DNA from: a virus
Lineage: Duplodnaviria; Caudoviricetes
Length of the DNA: 62,369 nucleotides
Strand: one strand, 5' to 3'
Virus record (IMG/VR): IMGVR_UViG_3300033076_000313
Coordinates: 1-62,369 of that record
Shown here: positions 29,634-38,087 of the stretch, piece by piece
Layout: each line of letters starts with the position of its first letter
Numbering within the stretch: position 1 is the stretch's first letter
The notes under the pieces: generated by a model
The model's database searches: none
Seen by the model: the letters and a program-made list of their open reading frames with translations, nothing else
Told to the model about the DNA's origin: nothing
Made by a program: the position numbers and the translations under genes

Positions 29634-30209
29634 TTAGGCTGCGTCGAGGCTGAATGTGTATGTCACGTTCAATGTGTCGCCTGACACTACAACGCGGTCG
29701 CCGGGCGATTGGAAATCCGCCTCAGAGAACAACACACCAGAAGTGCCGCTAGACACTGTGCACACAAACGCGCCAGCAACTGTGCCGCCAGAACCACTGA
29801 TCGTAAAGCTTACGGCAGAAGCAGTGGCAATCACAGAAGGATCAGCGGAAGTGGCAGAGCCAAAAGACATGGCTTTACGTGCGCCAGAATAGTCGGTGTA
29901 CTCAGTCCAACCAGCGTGCGATGCCAAAGTGTCTGTTGCGGCGTAAGCCGTACCAGACCCGGGGCCTGTGACCAAACCCATGTAGAACGCAGCGGTGTAA
30001 GAGCTGCCTTTGAAATACTGGGTGTTCATGTTCTGCAAACCCTCGTTCACAACGAGGTTGTGCGTGCTTTCTTCCCACTTCAGATTGCCGTCTTTATCAA
30101 AGCACTGAAAGTGAAACACACCACCGCCAGCAACGCGGTCGTCAGATTTTGTTGCGGCAACCAAGCCAGCATTGAATTGTTCAGCAGAGTTTGCTTTTTC
30201 GGAAAACAT
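29634..30209 (-). CDS. virion structural protein
   Basis: DKDGNLKWEE..NLVVNEG..GDTLNVTYT, a conserved phage tail-associated pattern. Confidence 0.75.
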   Translation of the reverse strand: MFSEKANSAEQFNAGLVAATKSDDRVAGGGVFHFQCFDKDGNLKWEESTHNLVVNEGLQNMNTQYFKGSSYTAAFYMGLVTGPGSGTAYAATDTLASHAGWTEYTDYSGARKAMSFGSATSADPSVIATASAVSFTISGSGGTVAGAFVCTVSSGTSGVLFSEADFQSPGDRVVVSGDTLNVTYTFSLDAA

Positions 30210-30218
30210 GTGAGCTCC

Positions 30219-30659
30219 TTATGCGATACGAATGATTGCAGATGTGCTTGTTACCGCAGGGAACTGCACAGTGAAAGTTGATGTTGAAGTCTTGTCGCCG
30301 CCAAAATCCAGCACGCAAACAGTGACCGTTGAAGCTCCAAGATCACGATAGATCAAAGCTCCGCGCGCGGTAAACGCAGCATTCCAAGTCACATTTGCAA
30401 AAGACAAATATGCTGTTGCATTTCCTGTTTGGTCGCCAATGGTCGGCACCTGTGAAATTGTTAGCTCTTCACCGCCGGCTGTGTAGCCTGTTGCAACAAC
30501 TTCACCAGCTGATGTGTATGTGCTTGTCTCTGGACCAAGCGATGCGGCCCCAGTGTACAGAGCAATCTTAAACGGCGCTGCTCCGGGCATTGAAAAGTCA
30601 ATGTCACCAGATGCCAAAGCCACCTTAAACGCATTTGTTGCGCCTTGTTGAAGTGCCAT
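30219..30659 (-). CDS. virion structural protein
   Basis: FKIALYT..GYTAGG..ARGALIY..VLDFGGDKT..AIIRIA. Confidence 0.75.
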   Translation of the reverse strand: MALQQGATNAFKVALASGDIDFSMPGAAPFKIALYTGAASLGPETSTYTSAGEVVATGYTAGGEELTISQVPTIGDQTGNATAYLSFANVTWNAAFTARGALIYRDLGASTVTVCVLDFGGDKTSTSTFTVQFPAVTSTSAIIRIA

Positions 30660-30660
30660 C

Positions 30661-31362
30661 TTATATCACCTGTTGACGGTATTGACCAGAACGATAAGCG
30701 TCTTGACGCTCCATACCATCGCCCAAGCGTTTTGCCATTCCAAGAGCTTCGTTGTACTTGGTGTTGTACAACGTCACCATATCCTGCTCGCCCTTCATGA
30801 ACGTGTAAGCTTCAACAAGAGAGCCGTACAACAACACAGAATCAAAGTTGTCGCCCAACCAAGAATGACCATCCAACGAGTCCACGATGGACGTTGGGTA
30901 GTAGTAATAGTGGAGCTCGACTGTGTACGCAGCATCTGGTGTTGGGCCAAGAATAAACGACAGCTCGTTTGTGATCGTCTCACCAGAGGTGGTTGGACCG
31001 AAAAGCGCGTAGTATTTTGGGATGGCGGTATCCGTTGGCGTTGGGTACGCCTGACGGATGAAGTTCACGTCTTTGTTCAACAGGTACTCGTATGCTCCTG
31101 TGCCATCTACAACAGCCAGAGAGTAGGCCGCCAAGAAGTCATTGGGGCATGACAGGTACTTGTTGTTGAGCGTCGTGATACCTGTGACGTTCTTTCGCAG
31201 CGAAGGGAACTGCACCGTGTTAAACACGCGCTGCTCCGCTTGCTTAATGAACGTGTCAATCTGCGTCTTTGTAGACACAGCCGTTCCACTAGCAAGGTAA
31301 GTCTCAGGAAACTGGTTTTCCGTGTAAGACTGAATCGCTGCGTAAAGTTCGTCGTAGGTCAT
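30661..31362 (-). CDS. head-tail adaptor (tail tubular A-like)
   Basis: MTYDELYAAIQSYTEN..FIKQAEQR..GPTPD..LLYGSLVEAYTFMK. Confidence 0.75.
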   Translation of the reverse strand: MTYDELYAAIQSYTENQFPETYLASGTAVSTKTQIDTFIKQAEQRVFNTVQFPSLRKNVTGITTLNNKYLSCPNDFLAAYSLAVVDGTGAYEYLLNKDVNFIRQAYPTPTDTAIPKYYALFGPTTSGETITNELSFILGPTPDAAYTVELHYYYYPTSIVDSLDGHSWLGDNFDSVLLYGSLVEAYTFMKGEQDMVTLYNTKYNEALGMAKRLGDGMERQDAYRSGQYRQQVI

Positions 31363-31364
31363 GC

Positions 31365-31595
31365 TTATGCCATTGGTCCACGGGCATACAAGCCCTTGGT
31401 TGCAGCACCAGTGCCGCGAATCTTGATGCCAGATGTCTTGGCAGGCTCGTCACCAGCAGACTTGCTGATGTTGCCAACGCTCACATCGTATTGGTCAAGC
31501 TTGCTTTTGTTTGGCTTAGCTGCCAAAGCTTGCAAGCCTTCTTTTGCACGGCCAGCATAGGCCATTGCAGGTTTGTTGTTTTTCTTGGTAGCCAT
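31365..31595 (-). CDS. small basic protein
   Basis: KIRGTGAATKGLYARGPMA C-terminus; contiguous with neighbours. Confidence 0.7.
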   Translation of the reverse strand: MATKKNNKPAMAYAGRAKEGLQALAAKPNKSKLDQYDVSVGNISKSAGDEPAKTSGIKIRGTGAATKGLYARGPMA

Positions 31596-31786
31596 TATTT
31601 GCTCCGTTTCTGGTTGGCAACTTTAGCCAAGCCACGACCCAACTTCATCATTTCTTCATTGGTCTTGCCGCCGCCTTTGCCAGCTTTACCGCCTTGAATG
31701 CCAACTGTGGGGCCGCTGTCGCCCAAGTTTTTGCCCTCGGTCTTACCCTTTTTGGCAACGCCGTCTGCTGCTTTTTTAAACGCCAT
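31595..31786 (-). CDS. small basic protein (ADG..KGKT motif)
   Basis: AGGAG RBS; KAADGVAKKGKTEG. Confidence 0.7.
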   Translation of the reverse strand: MAFKKAADGVAKKGKTEGKNLGDSGPTVGIQGGKAGKGGGKTNEEMMKLGRGLAKVANQKRSK

Positions 31787-31801
31787 GATTAGCTCCTATG
31801 G

Positions 31802-31822
31802 GAACCCGAACGGTTCGGGTTC
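31802..31822. repeat. 21-bp palindrome, copy 2
   Basis: Identical to 5057-5077; intergenic. Confidence 0.9.
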
Positions 31823-31826
31823 GATT

Positions 31827-32255
31827 TCAAGTTACGGTTACGCTTACTGTACCAACTTCTACAGCCAAAGCCAAGTAGTTTGGTGTCATAAGCTCATCAA
31901 AAAAGCTGGCTCCACCAACTGGATTCCAACCCCATTGTATGTCGCGGCTGCCCTCTGATGGGTAGCCTTCACCTTGAGGCGTTGGGCCGCCCGTCAGGTT
32001 CAATTGCAGCCCAGTTGTACCGGAAGCCGTATAGCTGGTATCAGGACGTGGCTCGCGCACCGCCTGCGGATCGTTCACAGGGTACATACCGATTTGCAGC
32101 TGCGGCTGGTCTTCTTCCCAACACTCAGGGCAAACCTTGATGCTCACCTGTCTTGTCTTGATCGTAAGCTTGCGCAGCTCCTTCAGCTTGTAGCGCTGAC
32201 CGCATCGGTCACATTCCGCAATGCTGTACTTGCCGCTGGCAAAACGATTAGGCAT
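31827..32255 (-). CDS. Zn-ribbon virion-associated protein
   Basis: ECDRCG...VCPECWE..QPQL..DPQAVREPRPD. Confidence 0.7.
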   Translation of the reverse strand: MPNRFASGKYSIAECDRCGQRYKLKELRKLTIKTRQVSIKVCPECWEEDQPQLQIGMYPVNDPQAVREPRPDTSYTASGTTGLQLNLTGGPTPQGEGYPSEGSRDIQWGWNPVGGASFFDELMTPNYLALAVEVGTVSVTVT

Positions 32256-33168
32256 AGAACATGTTCCTTGGCACGTAGCGATCTGAAGCCTTATCGCGGT
32301 CTTCTGTCGATGCCAACAACCACTGCTCTTCGTACTCAGACTTCAGCCATGGCATACGAGCTTCAGCACCGGGCAGCTTTTGAGACAGATAGAAGGCAAG
32401 GCCAGCAACCATGCAATTCAGCAAACGGAACGGGATGTCTTGGATGTTCACGCCTCCACCTGCATCTTGGATGCGACGCATGCGGTAATACACAAAGGTG
32501 TACTGGTTACCGGGCGCGCTAGGTGTAGGGTAAACGTTAATAGACGACAGGTTTGCCACAGAGATTGCGGCACCTGACAAATGAGCTGCTGCTGTGGTGT
32601 TGTTCTGACCACGGAAGCAATTCAACAACTGATTGCCGGACACGTTTTGATATGCAATGGTCTCAGCGCCAATGTTGATGAAGCCAGCTGTTGCAAGCTG
32701 ACTTGCATCTGACACAGTGATTGTTGTGTCTGTGCTGGTGATGTCGCCGCTCAAAGTTGCTGTAGTCGCATTGACCAAGCCTGTTTGACGGTTCACCCAC
32801 ACTTGCACTGGGCGGCCGGTAGCATTCTTGTTTGGAATGCTCATGTACGTTGGCTCAGAGATGCGGCTAACGGTAACGTCGCTTTGTGTCTCGCCAGACC
32901 CTGTACGGGTAACGGTGTCCAACAGGTCAATCGTGTCGGATGGGATTGCGTACATAGCTTGGCCAGTGTTCATCACGATCTGACCTTGCTCAATCGTCCA
33001 CAAGTTAATGCCACGGTTGGCCCACTCAATCGTCAAAAGGTTCAACGAACGACGGGCTGTGCGCATCTCATATCCGGTGCGCAGCTCTTGACCGCAACGC
33101 TCAAACGCGTCTTCAATCAGCTCGGACAAGTCCAAGTTAAATACTGTTTTCCCGGATGTTGTTGCCAT
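32248..33168 (-). CDS. head completion/adaptor-like protein
   Basis: LIEDAFERCG..RSLNLLTIEWANRGINLW..IPNKNATGRP..VAGLAFYLS. Confidence 0.7.
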   Translation of the reverse strand: MATTSGKTVFNLDLSELIEDAFERCGQELRTGYEMRTARRSLNLLTIEWANRGINLWTIEQGQIVMNTGQAMYAIPSDTIDLLDTVTRTGSGETQSDVTVSRISEPTYMSIPNKNATGRPVQVWVNRQTGLVNATTATLSGDITSTDTTITVSDASQLATAGFINIGAETIAYQNVSGNQLLNCFRGQNNTTAAAHLSGAAISVANLSSINVYPTPSAPGNQYTFVYYRMRRIQDAGGGVNIQDIPFRLLNCMVAGLAFYLSQKLPGAEARMPWLKSEYEEQWLLASTEDRDKASDRYVPRNMFYA

Positions 33169-33423
33169 TTAACACTTCCATCGCGCCAGAGACGCTGCTT
33201 TACGAGTAGGCTTACCCTTCTCGTCCTTCATTGGGCCGGGCATCCCGGACATACGAGCACAGAACGACTTCTTGCGCGCGCCACCTTGTGGTTGTGGGGC
33301 TTTCAAGTTGCTGCCTGTAGCTGCATTGTATTTGGCACGGCCTTTGGCTGTTAAGCCTGCACCCTTAGATACTGGTAACTTTTCGCCACGACCAACAGAC
33401 AAAGAGGGGGTCTTCTTAGCCAT
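33169..33423 (-). CDS. small basic conserved phage protein
   Basis: GLTAKGR..LKAP..RKKSFCARM..SLARWKC, a widespread phage family. Confidence 0.8.
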   Translation of the reverse strand: MAKKTPSLSVGRGEKLPVSKGAGLTAKGRAKYNAATGSNLKAPQPQGGARKKSFCARMSGMPGPMKDEKGKPTRKAASLARWKC

Positions 33424-33425
33424 GA

Positions 33426-33683
33426 TTAGCCTTTTGCTGCACGCATGTTGTCAATCAGGTTGGGGTAAGAACGGCCAGCCTTTTTAGCTGCCGCCTTTGC
33501 AGAAGCCTTCTTTGCAGAGCTCAGCTTCTTTGGTGCACCCAATTTGCTTGGCCGTGGCTTTGACCACACCTCTCCGCCTTTGGCGTACTCAGTAAAGTCA
33601 GTGTCATCACGGCGAGCCTTACGCACGCCGGTAGGCATTTTGCTGGGGGCAATTGCGCCCATACCACGGCTCGGACGCATCAC
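33426..33683 (-). CDS. small basic protein
   Basis: YAKGGEV; AGRSYPNLIDNM. Confidence 0.75.
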   Translation of the reverse strand: MMRPSRGMGAIAPSKMPTGVRKARRDDTDFTEYAKGGEVWSKPRPSKLGAPKKLSSAKKASAKAAAKKAGRSYPNLIDNMRAAKG

Positions 33684-33892
33684 AGCACCTTGCCGCGAGT
33701 CTTGCCTTTAACAGCACAGCCGTCAGCGCGTTTGCTGGCGCTAGAGACCTTGCCACCACCTGCCATCTTCTCAGGATATGTTTGAGCCTTCTTGTAGGCT
33801 TTGCTGGCCTTGGCGCGCGCCTTTGCATCTGCCACATCTTGTGGAGACACGTTGCTCATATCTTGATCTGGGGAAAATTCGATGTCTGCCAT
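33680..33892 (-). CDS. small basic protein
   Basis: MAGGGKVSSASKRADGCAVKGKTRG. Confidence 0.75.
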   Translation of the reverse strand: MADIEFSPDQDMSNVSPQDVADAKARAKASKAYKKAQTYPEKMAGGGKVSSASKRADGCAVKGKTRGKVL

Positions 33893-33894
33893 GA

Positions 33895-34407
33895 TTACAC
33901 CATCCGTCCTTTTGTTTTGCCTTTAGAGGCGATACCGTCTGCACGGCGAGAAGCCGAACTCACAGAGCCACCCTTTGCCATCTTGGGCAACAGCGTGTTC
34001 TTGTCCAAGTTGCTGGTGTTAATCACACCGCGACCTGTTGGCTTGTTGACTTGACGACGACCTTCGTTGCCATAGTTTTCGTTACGGGCCATGCTGGTTG
34101 CAACAGCGTTTTTCTTACGCTCTGCAACATCTTCAGCAAACGTGCGACCATTGACGCGAGGCTCTGTCTTTTTGTCAGTCGCCAAGTCCGATGTGTACTT
34201 CTTGCCATTCCACTCAAACACTTTGTCACCAGACTTACGAGCTGCTGCAAAAGCTTCTTTGAATGTACGAGTTTTTGTTTCAGGCTCTTTTGTGGCCTCA
34301 GCCATGCCTGCATTGCTGTCGTTCTCCGGTGTGCCAGCAAACGATGCCACTTCTTCATCTGTCATGCCACCTTCATCGAAGCGACGCACTTTGCGTTTTG
34401 TTGCCAT
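33895..34407 (-). CDS. small virion-associated protein
   Basis: FDEGG, TFKEAFAAARKSGDKVFEWNGKKYT, MAKGGSVSSASRRADGIASKGKTKG. Confidence 0.75.
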   Translation of the reverse strand: MATKRKVRRFDEGGMTDEEVASFAGTPENDSNAGMAEATKEPETKTRTFKEAFAAARKSGDKVFEWNGKKYTSDLATDKKTEPRVNGRTFAEDVAERKKNAVATSMARNENYGNEGRRQVNKPTGRGVINTSNLDKNTLLPKMAKGGSVSSASRRADGIASKGKTKGRMV

Positions 34408-34416
34408 GATCTTTCC

Positions 34417-34836
34417 TTATTTCTTGGCTTTGCCGCCACCACACATTTTGACCATAGTACCTTTGGTCTTGCCTTTTTTCTCAATGCCGCCGCCACGAGC
34501 CAGCTTGGTCAAGTCTGTTTTCTTGCCTTCATGAGATTGCTTGTCGTGCATTTTGAAAGCCTTCTTCACGATGGCTTTGTCCTGTTTGATGTCTGCTTTG
34601 TCCATAGTTTTACCGCCTTTGGAAAATAACGACTGATCGCCGTGATTGGTTTTGGTTTCGTTGACAGATTGTCGCGCAGGTTGGGCTGTTGCGCCACCTT
34701 TTTTGAATTTCATGCCAACACTGGCTTCGCTGAAATCCTTGGCCACCTTAGACGGGATGCCAACTTTCTTGGCAAATGCTGGGTTGTGCGCCGCAGCGTC
34801 CATCAGTTTCTTTTGTGCTTCACTCTTTGCCGGCAT
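34417..34836 (-). CDS. small basic protein
   Basis: Start taken at MPAKSEAQKKLMDAAAHNP (GGAG RBS); several Phi-x-x-GG motifs. Confidence 0.7.
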   Translation of the reverse strand: MPAKSEAQKKLMDAAAHNPAFAKKVGIPSKVAKDFSEASVGMKFKKGGATAQPARQSVNETKTNHGDQSLFSKGGKTMDKADIKQDKAIVKKAFKMHDKQSHEGKKTDLTKLARGGGIEKKGKTKGTMVKMCGGGKAKK

Positions 34837-35092
34837 GTTTAGACTCCATAAGCCTGTCCAATTTTTCATCCAAGCGATCAAGCCGGTCCAAGACCCGGTT
34901 AATGTCTGCGTGGACTTCGACTTTTGTGACGTACTCTTTTGCGACTTCTTCGCGGGTACGGTTGACAAGGATGGTGACTCTGGCGAGCTCATCTTTTGTT
35001 TCTTTGAGTTCGGCATCTTTTGCCCTCACGATAAACCCCAGCAAAGCCATGATGATGGTAAGCGCTGCGCTCCACAATGTTGAAATGTCCAT
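34820..35092 (-). CDS. N-terminal TM coiled-coil protein
   Basis: LWSAALTIIMALLGFIV followed by TREEVAKEYVTK..LDRLDEKLDRL. Confidence 0.75.
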   Translation of the reverse strand: MDISTLWSAALTIIMALLGFIVRAKDAELKETKDELARVTILVNRTREEVAKEYVTKVEVHADINRVLDRLDRLDEKLDRLMESKHAGKE

Positions 35093-35817
35093 TACTGACC
35101 CACCCCATAGTGTTCAATTAACGGCTTGAGAACCTCTTCACCAAAATGGCTGGCAAACTCTTCCGTGCCGACATGCGGTAGATTGATGTCCGTGTCCAGA
35201 TGCACAGTAAATCCTTCTTCAGCCGCACGGTTACAAAAGGTGTAATCTTCTCCGTAATACTCACCGTCTTGGATTTGGAAGTCGAAGATGGCATGTTCGT
35301 CTCGCTCCAGTACATTGTTGTAACAACGCCACTCTGGGTGCCTGTCACGCAATGTTTCAAGCACATGGCGACGAATCAGCATGAACCCCGTACCGATGCG
35401 CTTGACGCGCAGCATGCCGTCAGCAAACTCAAGCTTGCCGTCATCGGTAAAGTGGAGGTCAGTGAAGAATTTCTTGTCTTTGGAGCGACGTGGGTACGCT
35501 CCAGCTGTGATGTCCTTGTCTCCGCTCAGAGCCAATAGACGCATTACATCATCAGCGGTGATGATAACGTCGGCATCCACGAAGAGAAGGTCTGTGGCGT
35601 CCGAAGCAAGGAAGTCGGCAACCAACATATTGCGCGCCTTGGTGATAAGCGAGCAACCGGAAACTTGAGTCAAGTACAGCGTCACCCCGGCCTGTGCAGT
35701 TTGAGCTGCAAGGTTGGCCAGAGCAAACGCCGACTTGATATTCAGCTTGCCATCGTAGGCTGGAATAGCCACCATCAGGCGACGCCCAGCTACGCTGAAA
35801 GACTTTTCATCAGCCAT
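35092..35817 (-). CDS. GT-A fold glycosyltransferase-like protein
   Basis: VAIPAY, ITKARN, LLFVDADV (DxD), GTGFMLI, GEDYTFC, LPHVG. Confidence 0.85.
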   Translation of the reverse strand: MADEKSFSVAGRRLMVAIPAYDGKLNIKSAFALANLAAQTAQAGVTLYLTQVSGCSLITKARNMLVADFLASDATDLLFVDADVIITADDVMRLLALSGDKDITAGAYPRRSKDKKFFTDLHFTDDGKLEFADGMLRVKRIGTGFMLIRRHVLETLRDRHPEWRCYNNVLERDEHAIFDFQIQDGEYYGEDYTFCNRAAEEGFTVHLDTDINLPHVGTEEFASHFGEEVLKPLIEHYGVGQ

Positions 35818-36091
35818 AAAACACTACAGCTGTTGTTGATGCAGCGCACACAGCAGAGACGTTTGTGTTGCACTTGATGCCTTCTCCGGGGAAAAGGATG
35901 TGCACACTACCGGCCGTAGCTGGAGCTGTGAAAGAAAACTTTGCAGTGCCCGCAGTGCCATCATTTAAAACAACTGTGCCACCACTTGGATAGCTGATTG
36001 TTACGGCTTTGATGCGAGTTGGACCAGCAAAGATTGTGGTTGTTCCGTTTGCCGCCGCAGAGGATGACAAAACGTCAGTTTGCATACCCAT
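35810..36091 (-). CDS. small virion protein
   Basis: AGGAG RBS; Thr/Ala-rich beta protein ending FPGEGI..VFYG. Confidence 0.7.
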   Translation of the reverse strand: MGMQTDVLSSSAAANGTTTIFAGPTRIKAVTISYPSGGTVVLNDGTAGTAKFSFTAPATAGSVHILFPGEGIKCNTNVSAVCAASTTAVVFYG

Positions 36092-36105
36092 ATCAATCTC
36101 CTTTT

Positions 36106-36124
36106 AAAAAGGGGCCGAAGCCCC
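36106..36124 (-). terminator. Rho-independent terminator
   Basis: GGGGC-TTCG-GCCCC-TTTTT on the minus strand. Confidence 0.8.
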
Positions 36125-36133
36125 AAAGATCAA

Positions 36134-36391
36134 TTAGGCAGATGCAATAGCTGTGCCGGCTGGAGAAATCCAGTTTGTACCATCACCAACAGCGATACAT
36201 GGAGCGCCAGCCAAACCGTTAGACACGTAGATGATTTTGCCGGCTGGCTTTGTAGACAAAGCGTTAGCAGAGGTCACTGTGTATGTTGGGAGAGTTGCAA
36301 AGCCTGTGACGTTACCAGTTACGTTGCCAGTTAAGTTACCAGTAAAGCCATTATCAGAATTAACTGGGCCGGAAAAAGAAGTTTGTGCCAT
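36134..36391 (-). CDS. head fibre/decoration-like small protein
   Basis: Start MAQTSFSGPVNSDNGF (GAGG RBS); TGN(L/V) repeats; GDGTNW. Confidence 0.7.
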   Translation of the reverse strand: MAQTSFSGPVNSDNGFTGNLTGNVTGNVTGFATLPTYTVTSANALSTKPAGKIIYVSNGLAGAPCIAVGDGTNWISPAGTAIASA

Positions 36392-36399
36392 GATGATTT

Positions 36400-36475
36400 C
36401 CTCACATGCGAGTTGATGAGCGCCCGTCTGCATGTCGTCTGCTAGGCCAGTCTGACGCTCGGAAGGTTCCTAGAT
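36400..36475 (-). ncRNA. structured RNA element downstream of the capsid gene (probably Mu-gpT-DE-like motif)
   Basis: Stem GAGCGTC/GGCGCTC (36454-60/36418-24), CTAGG/CCTAG pairing (36469-73/36442-46), ACATGC/GCATGT pairing (36430-35/36404-09) next to the RBS. Position downstream of a Mu gpT-like capsid gene matches the described Mu-gpT-DE motif context. Confidence 0.55.
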
Positions 36476-36501
36476 GGGTTGAATATACACCCAAAATGGG
36501 C

Positions 36502-36529
36502 AAAAGAAAAGGGGCCGAAGCCCCTTCTC
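36502..36529 (-). terminator. Rho-independent terminator after the major capsid gene
   Basis: AGAAGGGGC-TTCG-GCCCCTTTTCTTTT on the minus strand. Confidence 0.88.
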
Positions 36530-36544
36530 TCACAGGTTCTAAGA

Positions 36545-37456
36545 TTAGTTAGAACCAGAGCTGCCGAACATACCCAGAGGGTCAGACCAGCCGAACGAAT
36601 AACGCTCGCGAGACTTGTAACGAACGTTACCAGTGTCGAAGTCGCCGTCCATGCTAGTAGACAAGGGCGTGCGCACGAAGTGCTTCATACCGTTAGGCAC
36701 GTCTGTGGTCAAGAACCAAGCGTTTGTGTCAGTCAACCAGTGGTTGATTGCATAGCCTTCAGGGATAGAACCATTGTTCTTCAATGCGTTGATGTCGTTG
36801 TCAGCTGTACCGACGCGGAGGTTGGTTTCCAACAAACGTGTTGCAACGAATTGCAAGTTTGTAGGAACGATCAACTTCTTGGGCTTAGCAGCGATCAACA
36901 GGCCACGTTCGTCTGTCCACTGGCTGATTTGAATAACGGCGGCTTCCAAAGAAGTCTCGTTCAAGTCAGCTTGAGTAGCAGGGGTGTTGCTGTTAACGCC
37001 ACCGGACACCAAGGGGTGAGCAGTAGAGAACAAAGGCACGCCGTCACCACCGTTGTAACCAGCTGTGAAACCGTTGTTCAAAACAGCGGCAGCTTTCACT
37101 TGCTTGGTGTAAGCCATGGCGCGAGCCAAAGACTTGGTGTAACGAGCAGACAAGCTGTCATACAAGTTATCTTCCACAGCTTCTTCAGTGATGGAGAAGC
37201 CGAGAGCGATAGTCTCGTGTGTGTAGCGTGTAGACCATGCTTCTTGAGCGTTGTCATACGAAATGGCTTGGCCTTCGTTCTTGACAGGAGCAGCAGAGAA
37301 ACCAGACAGTTTCACTTCTTCTTCAAAGCTACGCTCAGAAGTTTCAGTTTCGTAGATTTCTTTGTGCTCTTCGCCGTAGCGAGCATATTCCATGCCGAAC
37401 AAAGCGTTCAAGCCGGGGAGCAGTTCTTTAAGTAACTGTGCGCGTGAAATAGCCAT
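36545..37456 (-). CDS. major capsid protein (Mu gpT-like family)
   Basis: MAISRAQLLKELLPGLNALFG..DGVPLFSTAHP..PKKLIVP..DFDTGNVRYKSRERYSFGWSDP; strong codon bias; followed by a terminator. Confidence 0.92.
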   Translation of the reverse strand: MAISRAQLLKELLPGLNALFGMEYARYGEEHKEIYETETSERSFEEEVKLSGFSAAPVKNEGQAISYDNAQEAWSTRYTHETIALGFSITEEAVEDNLYDSLSARYTKSLARAMAYTKQVKAAAVLNNGFTAGYNGGDGVPLFSTAHPLVSGGVNSNTPATQADLNETSLEAAVIQISQWTDERGLLIAAKPKKLIVPTNLQFVATRLLETNLRVGTADNDINALKNNGSIPEGYAINHWLTDTNAWFLTTDVPNGMKHFVRTPLSTSMDGDFDTGNVRYKSRERYSFGWSDPLGMFGSSGSN

Positions 37457-37466
37457 GTTTTACTCC

Positions 37467-38072
37467 TTAAACACCAGTGGTGTTGTTGTACTGGTGGGTG
37501 TTGATTTTCACCAACACTTCGCGGTAATAAGTGGTGCCAGAGATGACTTGAGCAGACTCAGGGACCACGTCGATAACGCGCAAAGGAATGGTGGCTGTTG
37601 TACCAGCGCCGGTAACAGTAGCGCCAACGGCAGAGTCGCCAGTGGTAGTGCTACCAGTGTTTTGAACCAAAGCAATGTTTTGGCCAACCAAAGTGCTGCG
37701 AGCACCAACGGTACCAGACACCACAGTAGTTGTACCAGCGGTCACGAGGGCCACTTTGAACAAAGCTTGTTGGTCGTCAACCACGTAAGCAACAGCGTTA
37801 GACGCAGCAGCTGGGTAGTATTGACCTTGCACGGTTTGACCGTTTGAGTTGACGTACTGGCAACCAACCAACACACCGCAAGGTGTAGCAGCATTGGTGC
37901 TAGTGTCGGCAACCAAGTAGCCGCCGCTGATCTTCACGGTGTCACCGTTGAAAATGGCAGTAGCGTAACCGGCAGCGATAGGGATTTGACGAATGGCGCC
38001 AGCATAAGGCTTGCCGTCAAGTGAATTGACAGCTTTTAAGCCGTATGGGGCCGAAACAGTGGGATAAGCCAT
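37467..38072 (-). CDS. capsid decoration/minor capsid protein
   Basis: APYGLKAV..AIFNGDTVK; directly upstream of the capsid gene. Confidence 0.7.
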   Translation of the reverse strand: MAYPTVSAPYGLKAVNSLDGKPYAGAIRQIPIAAGYATAIFNGDTVKISGGYLVADTSTNAATPCGVLVGCQYVNSNGQTVQGQYYPAAASNAVAYVVDDQQALFKVALVTAGTTTVVSGTVGARSTLVGQNIALVQNTGSTTTGDSAVGATVTGAGTTATIPLRVIDVVPESAQVISGTTYYREVLVKINTHQYNNTTGV

Positions 38073-38087
38073 GTTAGAACTCCGAGT

